Position numbers and translations under genes: made by a program
The notes under the pieces: generated by a model
Databases searched by the model: none
The model's input: only the letters and a program-made list of their open reading frames with translations
What the model was told of the DNA's origin: nothing
Part shown: one piece after another, positions 62,780-64,000 of the stretch
Numbering within the stretch: position 1 is the first letter of the stretch
Layout of the letters: the number at the start of each line of letters is the position of its first letter
NCBI GenBank assembly: GCA_964188305.1
Contig: OZ076886.1
Length of the DNA stretch: 64,000 nt
Source: Podarcis bocagei
Taxonomy: Eukaryota
Direction: 5' to 3' (one strand)

Positions 62780-62975
62780 GAAGAGCTGTATTTAAGTGGG
62801 AAAGCATCTGTTTCGCGTGATGAAGATTCCAAGGTTCAAACCCTGGCATCTCCAAATGGGGCTGAGAGTGGCCCCTGCCTGAAATCGTGGAAAAGCCACT
62901 GTCAGTCATTGTAGACAGTACCAAGTCAGATGGTCCAATACTCTGACTTGGTATAAGCTAGCATTCTGGTTCCTG
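62780..62975 (+). mobile_element. Squam3-like SINE
   Basis: ggttcaaaccctggcatctcc...ctgcctgaaatcgtggaaaagccactgtcagtc..gtagacagtac...gatggtccaat..tctgacttggtataag. Confidence 0.85.
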
Positions 62976-64000
62976 TGTGTTCATTCTGGTACGCCCAACA
63001 ATCCACTCTCAATAGCTAGGAAGAAAGCACAGTGAACACAATAATTTCCTCTGCCAGAGTACAATCCCGGTTTTGTCATACCTGCTTCTTGGCAACATCT
63101 GCATTCTTCACAAAATAGCCCAGTGGGGAGCTTAGGAGCAGTTGGTATAAAACCTATATTTATATCTTTTATCTTAAGCAGGGGATCGGGGAAAGAGGCC
63201 AGTGATCTCTAGACAGTGCTTTATTTCTGACAGAATGCCATCACTCCCCGCTCCACAATTGGCAGCCATTGTGTGCCGTGACACTTTTATCTAGATGTAA
63301 GTACTGACACCTTGTTTCTTACCAAAAAAGCACTGGATCAAGCTAATTGTTCACCTGCAGGTGCTGGTGCAAGTCCATGGAAATGTGGGGCGAGGGATGA
63401 AGAAGAACTCTAGAATATGAGAGGCAAGTGCGAAGGAGCAGAACAGGATATGCATTCAAGTGGGAACTGAAGGAATTTGAAAATGGTGTTGCAGTTTCCT
63501 GCTCTGTATGGTTTAGGCGTTCTTCTCTTTGCATATGGAGAGAGGCAGATTGGCTGTTCTCTGTGGCTTTGTCTTGGGATGTCAGAGAATTCCACCAGAA
63601 ACAGGAATGGAAATTGCTAATATTTGCTTAAGTCCAGAGAAGTAATCAATCCAGTGAATGTGATTGTTGTTTTCTTTCCACAAATGGTACCTAATTGATT
63701 AATTCCCGCCTCCCTTGTCATTATGTTTCCCTTGCATTAAAATAATGGAGTTGAATAACATAATTAATTCTATAAAAACACTTACGAAATAGGTTAGTTT
63801 GAGAAATAGTGACTGGCTGACATGACTGACATGAGATGTGAACCTTGGTGTCATCAGTCCTAGTCTCACTAACCACTATGCTCTACTGGTTTTCCAGTGA
63901 TTTAATTGCACAGAAATGGTTAACTAGAAGTGTTTGTGAATATAAAAAAATCTCCTTTTTGGAATTTTAGATTTTGTCTCCAGATTTTATGTCCCCCCCC

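Noticed and set aside
63360-63631. Possible exon after cacctgcag| with purine-rich content
   Set aside because: Weak polypyrimidine tract, no convincing donor, no recognisable peptide

Overview
This is vertebrate genomic DNA, not prokaryotic. The repeat content (Sauria/Squam SINEs, BovB, CR1, L1, L2, TA-targeting Tigger/pogo-type MITEs) points to a squamate, most likely a lacertid lizard; that is an inference from recalled repeat families, not a database result. Positions 1-13.8 kb look intergenic and rich in transposable elements (TEs). A CpG island at about 13.9-15.6 kb holds a + strand promoter and an ATG-free first exon with a (GCC)7 tract, ending at a strong donor CAAG|GTAAGG at 14868. 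The remaining ~49 kb reads as TE-laden intron; I found no coding exon I can support and cannot name the gene. No intact host CDS, tRNA, rRNA or CRISPR array is supported. The ORF track is mostly noise, apart from ORFs that are TE protein remnants. Less obvious items from manual reading: (1) a fragmented piggyBac transposase fossil split by an L2 insertion (34.0-35.15 kb); (2) a Penelope-like reverse transcriptase (RT) fossil (58.7-59.0 kb); (3) a CR1 collapsed to ~760 bp that keeps 5'UTR/ORF1, one RT motif and the ORF2 C-terminus; (4) a ~120-bp-arm inverted duplication bracketed by a 14-bp direct repeat (38.95-39.33 kb); (5) a clean solo LTR with a 5-bp target-site duplication (TSD); (6) an inverted pair of young BovB tails. 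I found no evidence of a wholly new biological system; the findings are TE-fossil, structural and regulatory leads. All family names and coordinates come from reading by eye, and the boundaries of old elements are approximate.
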